DNA of 64,000 nucleotides from Candidatus Woesebacteria bacterium GW2011_GWF1_31_35 (lineage in GTDB: Bacteria > Patescibacteriota > Microgenomatia > UBA8517): the NCBI GenBank assembly GCA_001029755.1, contig CP011214.1, positions 711,258 to 775,257 of the forward strand, given 5' to 3'. The notes beneath the pieces were generated by a model. It was not told the DNA's origin. It worked only from the letters and a program-made list of their open reading frames with translations, and searched no databases. Shown in pieces: positions 10,017 to 17,110 of this stretch (its first letter is position 1; each line of letters starts with the position of its first letter). The translations under genes and the position numbers were made by a program.

Positions 10017-10506
10017 CAATAGATCCTAAAACTACAATTTGTAACAAAATAAAATAAATTAAAAATAATGGTTTTCTAGAATCAGTCCCAATAAAAATTG
10101 AGTGAAATGAAACAAAATAGAAAGCTAAATAATTTAATATATGCAGTTTTCTCCAATTTGTTTTTAACCAACCTGAAATATTTCTAAATTTCACTGCAAT
10201 AACTGCAATAGTTACTAAATAAAAACCAATTCTACCTAAATTTATATAATGTTCATATGTTCCTTGGCATAATACACAAACATCAACAAAAACATATAAA
10301 GGGTCTAATTTCCCTATTGTGAAATATCTAAATAATAAAAACAAAACAGGATGAAGAAAAACAAAGATATAAGCTAAAATTCCATTCAACATATGAAATT
10401 TAATTGCTTTCCTGTTTGCACCAAGATAAATTTGTAATGCTAATAAGCCTAAAGCAATAATCCCTGTTATTCTTTGAAGTAAATTAATAATCTCTGAATT
10501 TGTCAT
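9958..10506 (-). CDS. ferric-reductase-like / cytochrome b561-like di-heme transmembrane protein
   Basis: Of 5-6 TM helices, two each carry a His-x13-His pair (FHMLNGILAYIFVFLHP and LHILNYLAFYFVSFH). This matches the bis-His heme ligation pattern of ferric reductase/MsrQ-type domains. Confidence 0.45.
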   Translation of the reverse strand: MTNSEIINLLQRITGIIALGLLALQIYLGANRKAIKFHMLNGILAYIFVFLHPVLFLLFRYFTIGKLDPLYVFVDVCVLCQGTYEHYINLGRIGFYLVTIAVIAVKFRNISGWLKTNWRKLHILNYLAFYFVSFHSIFIGTDSRKPLFLIYFILLQIVVLGSIVNKLRTSNLTGEIKKILGQ

Positions 10507-10593
10507 TTATTAATCTTATCACGAAACTTTATTTTGACAATTTATGCTTGCTTTTTCTTGTTTTGCACATATAATCGGACTATCTAGATTGCT

Positions 10594-11619
10594 ATGACAA
10601 AGGAAATTACTGAACACATTGAAGTTGTTGAGAAACTTTCATATATTAAGGTTTTAACTGAAAAGTTTAACCAAACAACACAAATCGCGGCAATTGCAGC
10701 ATATGAAAAATCAGGTTTAGGAAACAAGGAAGATGCCGACCAAGCAGCTGTTGATGTCATGCGTAGATTATTAAATGGAATGGATATATGTGGGATAATT
10801 GAAGTAGGTGAAGGTGTAAAAGATAAAGCTCCAATGCTATATATAGGTGAATTGGTTGGTTCGGGTAAAGGACCGGGTCTATCTATAGCTGTTGATCCAG
10901 TTGAAGGAACTACTGCAACAGCAAAATTGATGTCTGACGCAGTTTCTGTATTAGCTGTGTCTGAAAGAGGAGGTATTTTAAGACTTCCTCCTGAACTTAT
11001 TTATATGGACAAAATTATAACTGGTCCACAAGCTAAAAATTCTGTTGATATAAATGCTCCTGCAGCAAAAAATTTAAAAAATATTGCAGAAGCATTAGGA
11101 AAGAAAATTTCCGATTTAAGAATTAAGGTACTAGATAGGCCTCGTAATGAAAAATTAATTAGAGATATAAGAGAAACAGGTGCGAAAGTTGCATCAATAG
11201 ATTATGGAGATCTAATGCCAGGAATTGGAACTTGTATACAAGGTTCTGATATCCACGCAGTAATGGGAATTGGTGGTGCTCCTGAGGCAGTATTGATTGC
11301 AGCTGGAGTTCGTTGTCTTAATGGAGGTATTCAAGCTAAACCTTGGACAGATAATAAAGATACTAAAAAAATCCTTGAAGAAAAGGGATTTTTTTTAGAC
11401 AATGTTTATACGGAAAAAGGTCTAGTATTTGGTAATTTAATTATTTTTTGTTCAACCGGTATAACAAAAGGAGAAATACTTGATGGAGTAAGAACTTTTA
11501 AGGGTGGTATTAGAACACACAGTTTAGTTCTTGCAGCTCATAATGGTTATTCATCTGCTAAATTTATCGACGATACTGTTATTACTAACGTAAATGAAAT
11601 TGAATTTAGAAAACAATAA
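10594..11619 (+). CDS. glpX: fructose-1,6-bisphosphatase class II (GlpX)
   Basis: IAAIAAYEKSGLGNKEDADQAAVDVMR, IAVDPVEGTTATA and MGIGGAPEAVLIAAG are GlpX family signatures, and the 341-aa length fits. Confidence 0.85.
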   Translation: MTKEITEHIEVVEKLSYIKVLTEKFNQTTQIAAIAAYEKSGLGNKEDADQAAVDVMRRLLNGMDICGIIEVGEGVKDKAPMLYIGELVGSGKGPGLSIAVDPVEGTTATAKLMSDAVSVLAVSERGGILRLPPELIYMDKIITGPQAKNSVDINAPAAKNLKNIAEALGKKISDLRIKVLDRPRNEKLIRDIRETGAKVASIDYGDLMPGIGTCIQGSDIHAVMGIGGAPEAVLIAAGVRCLNGGIQAKPWTDNKDTKKILEEKGFFLDNVYTEKGLVFGNLIIFCSTGITKGEILDGVRTFKGGIRTHSLVLAAHNGYSSAKFIDDTVITNVNEIEFRKQ

Positions 11620-11661
11620 TTATTTATTTAATAAAACTAAAAAAAAGAATACATCTGAAAC

Positions 11662-12264
11662 ATGGATAAAGACAAACAAAAAGAAAGAAATTTTTTCTAC
11701 AATACCCCATATATTTCTTTTCCTAAATATCCTAATAAATTAAAATTAGATGATCATGAAGTCTATGATTATATTTGTCCAGAGATAATGAGTGGATTAA
11801 TTGATAACCTATCTAGAAAAATTGATTATTCAAAATTTGATACAGTGCTTGTTAATATGAAGGGTGGAAAATTTTTATATGATGAAATTGTAAAGAGAAA
11901 AAGTGAACCAATAAATCATGATGTGATTGAATATCACCAAGTAAAAGGAGGTTTTGGTGCAATTGTTATTATCCCTGTACCTAGAAACCTGGACGACAAA
12001 AAATGTTTAATAATAGATGATATTTTAGATACAGGGGGAGTTTTTAAAGAAATAATTAAAAATCTCTCTGAGGATTCTCTCTGTGTTGCCCTAGTACAAA
12101 AAATAAATATAAATAATCAAATAGAGATTAAAAATAAAATTGTTGGAACAAGAATTGATAATGTTTGGGTAGGAGGTTGTGGAATGAATCTTGAAACCGA
12201 AGGAGATGGTTTACCTAAAGACTATTTAAGAGAATATTCAGGATTAGTTGCAAAAATACTCTAG
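11662..12264 (+). CDS. phosphoribosyltransferase (purine PRT-like)
   Basis: The PRPP-binding motif CLIIDDILDTGGV is present, the protein is 200 aa, and a nucleotide-metabolism gene (guaB-like) lies nearby. Confidence 0.65.
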   Translation: MDKDKQKERNFFYNTPYISFPKYPNKLKLDDHEVYDYICPEIMSGLIDNLSRKIDYSKFDTVLVNMKGGKFLYDEIVKRKSEPINHDVIEYHQVKGGFGAIVIIPVPRNLDDKKCLIIDDILDTGGVFKEIIKNLSEDSLCVALVQKININNQIEIKNKIVGTRIDNVWVGGCGMNLETEGDGLPKDYLREYSGLVAKIL

Positions 12265-12336
12265 TGGGCGCTGTAGGAATCGGACCTACGACCTCTTCGA
12301 TGTGAACGAAGCGCCCTACCACTGGACCAAGCGCCC
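12265..12336 (-). tRNA. tRNA-Val (anticodon CAC)
   Basis: The reverse complement folds into a canonical 72-nt cloverleaf, GGGCGCT-TG-GTCC-AGTGGTA-GGGC-G-CTTCG-TTCACAT-CGAAG-AGGTC-GTAGG-TTCGATT-CCTAC-AGCGCCC-A. It has a perfect 7-bp acceptor stem, a GTTCGATT T-loop, U33 and A37, and the anticodon is CAC. No CCA is encoded. It abuts the stop codon of the PRT gene. Confidence 0.85.
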
Positions 12337-12386
12337 TCTAATTATTAACTTAATAGTTTAACACTTTAATAATTATTTTTATAGAA

Positions 12387-12415
12387 TTGACATCATCTGT
12401 GAAAACTACTAATCT
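12387..12415 (+). promoter_or_regulatory. candidate sigma70-type promoter upstream of the guaB-like gene
   Basis: TTGACA, then 17 nt, then TAATCT lies about 40 nt upstream of the start at 12452. This is a sequence pattern only. Confidence 0.25.
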
Positions 12416-12451
12416 TAAACATGTTGTGTATAAAAGTTATTTTATTAAGGT

Positions 12452-13531
12452 ATGAAAAACATTTTTCCTCTGGCATTATCTTACGACGACGTATTACTTA
12501 TTCCTAAATATTCAAAAATCAGTAGTAGAAACGATATTAATCTTGAAACTAAAATTTCTAAAAGAATTACTTTACAAATTCCTTTAATTTCAGCAAATAT
12601 GAGCGATGTTACTGGTGTTGAAATGGCAATAACTTTAGGAAAATTAGGAGGTCTTGGAGTAATCCCTAGATTTTTGCCTCCTGATGAACAAGCTGAAAAA
12701 ATAAGCTTAATTAAAAAAGGAAAAGTATTAGTTGGAGCCGCAGTTGGAGCCGCAGTTGGAGCTAGAAACGGCATAATTGATAGAGCTGAAAAATTAGTTA
12801 AGGCTGGAGCTGATATTTTATTTATAGATGTAGCTCATGGCCATATGCAAAAAAATTTAGATGCTACAACTAAATTAAAGCAAATATTTGGTAATTTTGT
12901 TGATATTGTTTCTGGTAATGCTGCTACTTATGAAGCGGCAAATGACCTTTTTAAAGCAGGAGCCGATTCAGTTAAAGTGGGTATTGGTCCTGGTTCAATC
13001 TGTACAACAAGAATTGAGACTGGTTCTGGAGTTCCCCAAATAACTGCAATATTAAATTGTGCAAGAGCTGCAAGAAAGTATAAAAAATATATCATTGCAG
13101 ATGGTGGTGTAAAAACTTCAGGTGATATTGTAAAAGGTTTGGCAGCTGGGGCATCAGCCATAATGGCAGGTAGTATTTTTGCAGGAAGTGATGAAGCTCC
13201 AGGAAAACTAGTTATTAAGGATGGAAAAAAGTTTAAAGTTTATAATGCTTCAACTTCTTTAACTGAAAAAGTAAATCATTCCAAATTAAATAAAGATGAA
13301 GTTGAAATTCACTATATAAAACAAATTGAAGGTGTTGAGTCAATTGTTCCTTATAAAGGATCTCTAAAAAATATTATTGAAAGAATAACTGCTAATTTAA
13401 GATCTGGTTTTAGCTATTCAGGAGCAAAAGACATTAATTATCTTTGGAAAAATAGTTCATTTGTACAGATAACACCACAGGGTCTAAGAGAAAGTGGTGC
13501 ACACGATGTGCTACTGTACAACACCAATTAA
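12452..13531 (+). CDS. guaB: IMP dehydrogenase / GMP reductase family enzyme lacking a CBS (Bateman) subdomain
   Basis: LSYDDVLLIP is the IMPDH N-terminal motif, VLVGAAVGA...AGADILFIDVAHGH is the barrel core, and GIGPGSICTTR carries the catalytic Cys loop. At 359 aa, with only a short linker where the CBS pair would be, it cannot be distinguished from GuaC by eye. Confidence 0.7.
   Translation: MKNIFPLALSYDDVLLIPKYSKISSRNDINLETKISKRITLQIPLISANMSDVTGVEMAITLGKLGGLGVIPRFLPPDEQAEKISLIKKGKVLVGAAVGAAVGARNGIIDRAEKLVKAGADILFIDVAHGHMQKNLDATTKLKQIFGNFVDIVSGNAATYEAANDLFKAGADSVKVGIGPGSICTTRIETGSGVPQITAILNCARAARKYKKYIIADGGVKTSGDIVKGLAAGASAIMAGSIFAGSDEAPGKLVIKDGKKFKVYNASTSLTEKVNHSKLNKDEVEIHYIKQIEGVESIVPYKGSLKNIIERITANLRSGFSYSGAKDINYLWKNSSFVQITPQGLRESGAHDVLLYNTN
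12731..12762 (+). repeat. perfect 12-bp tandem repeat (gttggagccgca, about 2.6 copies) inside the guaB-like CDS, encoding VGAAVGAAVGA
   Basis: Read directly from the sequence: gttggagccgcagttggagccgcagttggagc. Confidence 0.6.
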
Positions 13532-13542
13532 CTTCTCTTATA

Positions 13543-14094
13543 ATGATTAGTATGCTAAAACGTTTAGGAGCATTTTTTTTAGACATTTTAGAAGTTGTTG
13601 TTTTGGCTGTAGGAATTTTTTTAATAGTTTATTTATTAATCTTAAGACCTCATAAAATTAAGGGTGCTTCAATGGAACCTAATTTTCCTGACGGAGAGTA
13701 TTTACTAACCGAGAAAGTAAGTTATTATACAAAAGAACCACAAAGAGGAGATGTAATTGTTTTTAAACCCCCTATTTCAGAGGATGAATTTATAAAAAGA
13801 ATAATTGGTCTTCCTGGGGAAACGGTTTCCATTCAAAATGGTAAATTTTTGATTAACGACAAAGAGTTAGATGAACCTTACATTAAGGTAGATACGAATT
13901 CTGGAGGATTTTTAAAAGAAGGTGAAAAATATTTAGTGCCAAGTGGAGAATATTTTGTTGCTGGAGATAATAGACCTCATTCATCTGATTCCAGAATTTG
14001 GGGACCCATTAATAAAAAGGTAATAACCGGTAAGGCTTGGGTTGTTTATTGGCCACCAAAATCTACAGGTCTAGTTCAAATGCCTAATTATTAA
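13543..14094 (+). CDS. lepB: signal peptidase I
   Basis: An N-terminal TM helix is followed by GASMEPNF (catalytic Ser box), GDVIVFKPP, RIIGLPGETV and GDNRPHSSDSRIWGP (boxes D/E). Confidence 0.85.
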   Translation: MISMLKRLGAFFLDILEVVVLAVGIFLIVYLLILRPHKIKGASMEPNFPDGEYLLTEKVSYYTKEPQRGDVIVFKPPISEDEFIKRIIGLPGETVSIQNGKFLINDKELDEPYIKVDTNSGGFLKEGEKYLVPSGEYFVAGDNRPHSSDSRIWGPINKKVITGKAWVVYWPPKSTGLVQMPNY

Positions 14095-14101
14095 GCTTTT
14101 T

Positions 14102-14914
14102 TTAAGAAGTAATTGCTTTGTAGATTAATTGAAGAGTATTTTCTGTCTCATCTAAAGATCCTTTTAATATAAATGTAATTCTTGTTTCTCTTCTACTTCT
14201 AGCAAGTCTTACTTGTTGACCACCTAAGGCTTTCTCAAAACCTTCTTTCATATTATCAATCTCATCAGAAACTACATGCATTTTAGGTAAATTCATTTTT
14301 GGTTTTTGATCAGCTTGTGATTTCATACGTCTTGCAAGTTCTTCAGCACGTCTTACTGAGCCTGATTCACGAAGAATTATTTTATAAGCTTCAACCATTA
14401 AATTGGTATCGTCAATTGCTGCTAATGCCCTTGCATGACCTTCAGAGATAAGCCCAGAAAGAAGTCCATCTTTTAATGCATCTGGTAAGGTTAGGAGCCT
14501 TAAAGAATTAGACACATAAGCTACGGATTTTCCAATTCTAACTGCTACTTCTGAAGTAGTTAAACCAAACTCATCCATTAATCTTTCAAATCCCTTGGCC
14601 CTGTCAAGTGCATTAAGATCGACTCTTTGCACATTTTCAACAATTGCCATTTCAAGCATTCCTTTAGGTGTAGTTTCTCTAATAATTACTGGAACATGGG
14701 TTAAACCAGCTAATTTTGAAGCTCTCCAACGTCTTTCACCCGCAATTATTTGGAACCCTGCTGGAGTTTTGGCAATTACTAAAGGCTCCAAAATTCCATG
14801 TTCTCTTATAGAATCTACTAAATCTACTAGACTTTCAGGAGTGATTGCGCCACGAGGTTGAAGAGGATTTGGTTGGAGTTGATTAATATCTAATTGAATT
14901 ATTTCTTCAGCCAT
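14102..14914 (-). CDS. parB: ParB/Spo0J-family partition protein
   Basis: LVIAKTPAGFQIIAGERRWRAS is the ParB box II/GERRxRA motif. An N-terminal ParB N-domain and an HTH region are present. No parA is adjacent. Confidence 0.8.
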   Translation of the reverse strand: MAEEIIQLDINQLQPNPLQPRGAITPESLVDLVDSIREHGILEPLVIAKTPAGFQIIAGERRWRASKLAGLTHVPVIIRETTPKGMLEMAIVENVQRVDLNALDRAKGFERLMDEFGLTTSEVAVRIGKSVAYVSNSLRLLTLPDALKDGLLSGLISEGHARALAAIDDTNLMVEAYKIILRESGSVRRAEELARRMKSQADQKPKMNLPKMHVVSDEIDNMKEGFEKALGGQQVRLARSRRETRITFILKGSLDETENTLQLIYKAITS

Positions 14915-14915
14915 T

Positions 14916-15167
14916 TTATTTTATAATTATATTTACAATTTTCTTACCTAATTTTGTAGAAAACTTAACCACACCACCAACAACTGCGTAAAGTGTGTGA
15001 TCCCTACTCACTTTTACATTCTTACCAGCTCCAATTTTAGTTCCGTTCTGTCTTATTAAGACTTCTCCAGCAGTAACTTTTTGCATGCCTGATACTTTTG
15101 TACCAAGTCTTTTACCTTTTGGACTAACATGTTGTTTAGCTTTTCCAGCTGCTTTATGAGTTGACAT
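14916..15167 (-). CDS. rpmA: 50S ribosomal protein L27
   Basis: MSTHKAAGKAKQHVSPKGKRLGTK...GTKIGAGKNVKVSRDHTLYAVVGGVVKF matches the L27 consensus (KRLG, GTK, HTLFA, VKF). Confidence 0.85.
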   Translation of the reverse strand: MSTHKAAGKAKQHVSPKGKRLGTKVSGMQKVTAGEVLIRQNGTKIGAGKNVKVSRDHTLYAVVGGVVKFSTKLGKKIVNIIIK

Positions 15168-15235
15168 ATCTAGATGACAATATAATGTATGTTTTCACAG
15201 TTGTCAAGTGACCAGAAAGATACTGATTGTATTAT

Positions 15236-15466
15236 TTAGTTATAACAAACTGTTGGTTTAGAATGGTTTGTTCCCCATTTCCGATCAGGTTCATCAAGTA
15301 ATAGATAGGCCATTTCAAAAAGTTCATCACTAATTTTTTTATGTTTAATTTTCTCATCTATACTTAAAATTTTAGAATTCTTAGTATCTTTATATATCAT
15401 CATTAAACCATTAATTGCAGCCAAATTACCAAGTTTAATATCTAATCTGTCTGCTTCTTTTTCCAT
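15236..15466 (-). CDS. hypothetical protein between rplU and rpmA (76 aa)
   Basis: ORF track entry. It occupies the slot where many bacteria encode the Prp protease but shows no Prp Cys/His signature. Confidence 0.3.
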   Translation of the reverse strand: MEKEADRLDIKLGNLAAINGLMMIYKDTKNSKILSIDEKIKHKKISDELFEMAYLLLDEPDRKWGTNHSKPTVCYN

Positions 15467-15480
15467 ATAAATATTATTAA

Positions 15481-15789
15481 TTAGGAGATTTTTTCGATCA
15501 GAAGTCTTGTATATTGAGGTCTAAAACCAATGTGTTTTCTCTCACGTGACTTGGCTTTATATTTAAACACTCTAATTTTCTCTCCTTTTTCAAGTTCAAT
15601 TAAAACTTTTACCTTTACTTTAATTTTAGTTAAAACTGGAGTTCCAATCTCAACCTTTTCTCCATCTACAAAAAGCAAAACTTCAGGATCTATTTTTGTT
15701 AAATCAGAAAGTTTATCCACTAAAATTTCTTCTCCTTCAGAGACTCTATATTGTTTTCCACCGATTCGAATAACTACAAATTTATCCAT
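15481..15789 (-). CDS. rplU: 50S ribosomal protein L21
   Basis: MDKFVVIRIGGKQYRVSEGEEILVDKL matches the L21 N-terminal consensus (AVIxTGGKQYKVxEG). Confidence 0.85.
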   Translation of the reverse strand: MDKFVVIRIGGKQYRVSEGEEILVDKLSDLTKIDPEVLLFVDGEKVEIGTPVLTKIKVKVKVLIELEKGEKIRVFKYKAKSRERKHIGFRPQYTRLLIEKIS

Positions 15790-15838
15790 ACGTGTTGTAT
15801 TTTATGTTTTTATACAATAAAATACAAGCAATAAATTT

Positions 15839-16063
15839 ATGCATAAAGAAAAAAATGAATCTCAATTAAGAATACCAACAACTTTTACTGTTTCAATGAC
15901 CCGAACAGAAGCATTTAATCGAATTCAAGCAGTAATGTCAGTTGATGGAATAGAATTTAAAATGTTGGGTCTAACCGATAATAATAGAGTAATAGAAGCA
16001 ACTTTAGTAAAAACTGAGCAAGGTTTAAAGGCCTTCAATAAACTGCTCCAAGAACTTAAGTAA
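15839..16063 (+). CDS. hypothetical small protein (74 aa)
   Basis: ORF track entry. It is the only plus-strand ORF in a minus-strand block and has no motif. Confidence 0.3.
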   Translation: MHKEKNESQLRIPTTFTVSMTRTEAFNRIQAVMSVDGIEFKMLGLTDNNRVIEATLVKTEQGLKAFNKLLQELK

Positions 16064-16081
16064 ATATATTTAAAAAAAATA

Positions 16082-17110
16082 TCATCTTTTAGTTCCCACA
16101 ACTATTCCAAGAGCAGTCATTGTAGCAAGGAGAGATGAACCTCCCGCCGAAACTAATGGATAGGGAACACCTGTAATTGGAAGTAGCCCCATGTTCATAC
16201 CTACATGAATCACAACTTGTGCAAAAAGAGTTAAGAAAAGTCCTGCAAGAAAAGCTCTAGCTGGAATATTTATTGCTTTTTCTGTATATGAAATTATCCT
16301 AATAAAAATAAAAACTGTTAAAATTAACAATATTATTGCTCCAATAAAGCCCATCTCTTCTGAAACAGATGCAAAGATAAAATCTGTTTGTCTTTCAGGA
16401 AGAAATAAAAGCTGGGTACCAACTCCCCTACCAAGTCCCCTTCCAAATAATTTTCCGGAACCTACTGAAATTGTTGATTGAATGGCATTGTATCCTTCAC
16501 CCAATGGATCTTTGGAAGGATCTAAAAATGAAGTGATTCTTTGTTTTTGATAAGGAGCAAGAAACATAAAAATTATTGGGATCAATGCAAATACGGAAAT
16601 AATTAATAATAAAATGCTTTTTTTATTTATATCAGCTGACAAAAATATTCCAAAAAATCCAATTGCTGTTAATGCTGTCACACCAAGCGATGGTTGGACC
16701 AAAATTAAAAATAAAGGTAAAATCATTAGAAGAATTGCTTTAACAATTCTTTTTATATCCAATTTTTTTTCTGTTAAGTAATTGGCAAAGAAAACTAAAA
16801 GAAATGGTCTTACAATTTCTGATGGTTGAATTGAAAGAGATCCTATTGGAATCCATCTAACCGTTCCTCTTGTCACTTGACCTATTATTAAAGTTATTAA
16901 AAGTAAAACTATACTTCCAATATAAAAAAATTTACTAAAAGCAGAAACTACTTCAAAATCGAAAAGTGAGAAAAACAAAAAAGCTACAATTCCAAAAATA
17001 AAATACCAGTAATATGAAGGAAAGATTGCGGGACTTATCGAATTTAAAACGAAAATGCTAAACAATAAGGTTAAAAATATTGGAAAGACTAAAAGTCCAT
17101 CAAATTTCAT
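16082..17110 (-). CDS. SEDS-family peptidoglycan glycosyltransferase (RodA/FtsW-like), outside the dcw cluster
   Basis: VRWIPIGSLSIQPSEIVRPFLLVFFANYL and QTDFIFASVSEEMGFIG are FtsW/RodA/SpoVE family motifs. It overlaps the ileS start by 11 nt. Confidence 0.75.
   Translation of the reverse strand: MKFDGLLVFPIFLTLLFSIFVLNSISPAIFPSYYWYFIFGIVAFLFFSLFDFEVVSAFSKFFYIGSIVLLLITLIIGQVTRGTVRWIPIGSLSIQPSEIVRPFLLVFFANYLTEKKLDIKRIVKAILLMILPLFLILVQPSLGVTALTAIGFFGIFLSADINKKSILLLIISVFALIPIIFMFLAPYQKQRITSFLDPSKDPLGEGYNAIQSTISVGSGKLFGRGLGRGVGTQLLFLPERQTDFIFASVSEEMGFIGAIILLILTVFIFIRIISYTEKAINIPARAFLAGLFLTLFAQVVIHVGMNMGLLPITGVPYPLVSAGGSSLLATMTALGIVVGTKR

Noticed and set aside
12265-12336. tRNA-Val considered as an integration site for a mobile element
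   Set aside because: No integrase, direct repeat of the tRNA 3' end, or atypical gene block flanks it. The neighbours are housekeeping genes (PRT, guaB-like).
12419-12430. Possible extended -10 (TGTGTATAAAAG) upstream of the guaB-like gene
   Set aside because: The spacing of TG relative to TATAAA is off by one, and the TTGACA-N17-TAATCT pair further upstream is a better fit. Only the latter is reported, at low confidence.
14095-14101. Convergent lepB/parB junction and other intergenic gaps inspected for rho-independent terminators
   Set aside because: The genome is so AT-rich that no convincing GC-rich stem followed by a U-tract was found. The candidate AAGCTT palindrome is too short to call.
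15236-15466. The 76-aa ORF between rplU and rpmA considered as the L27-processing protease Prp
   Set aside because: It has no conserved Cys/His dyad region typical of Prp. In addition L27 here starts MSTHKAAGK without the N-terminal propeptide that Prp removes. It is kept as hypothetical.
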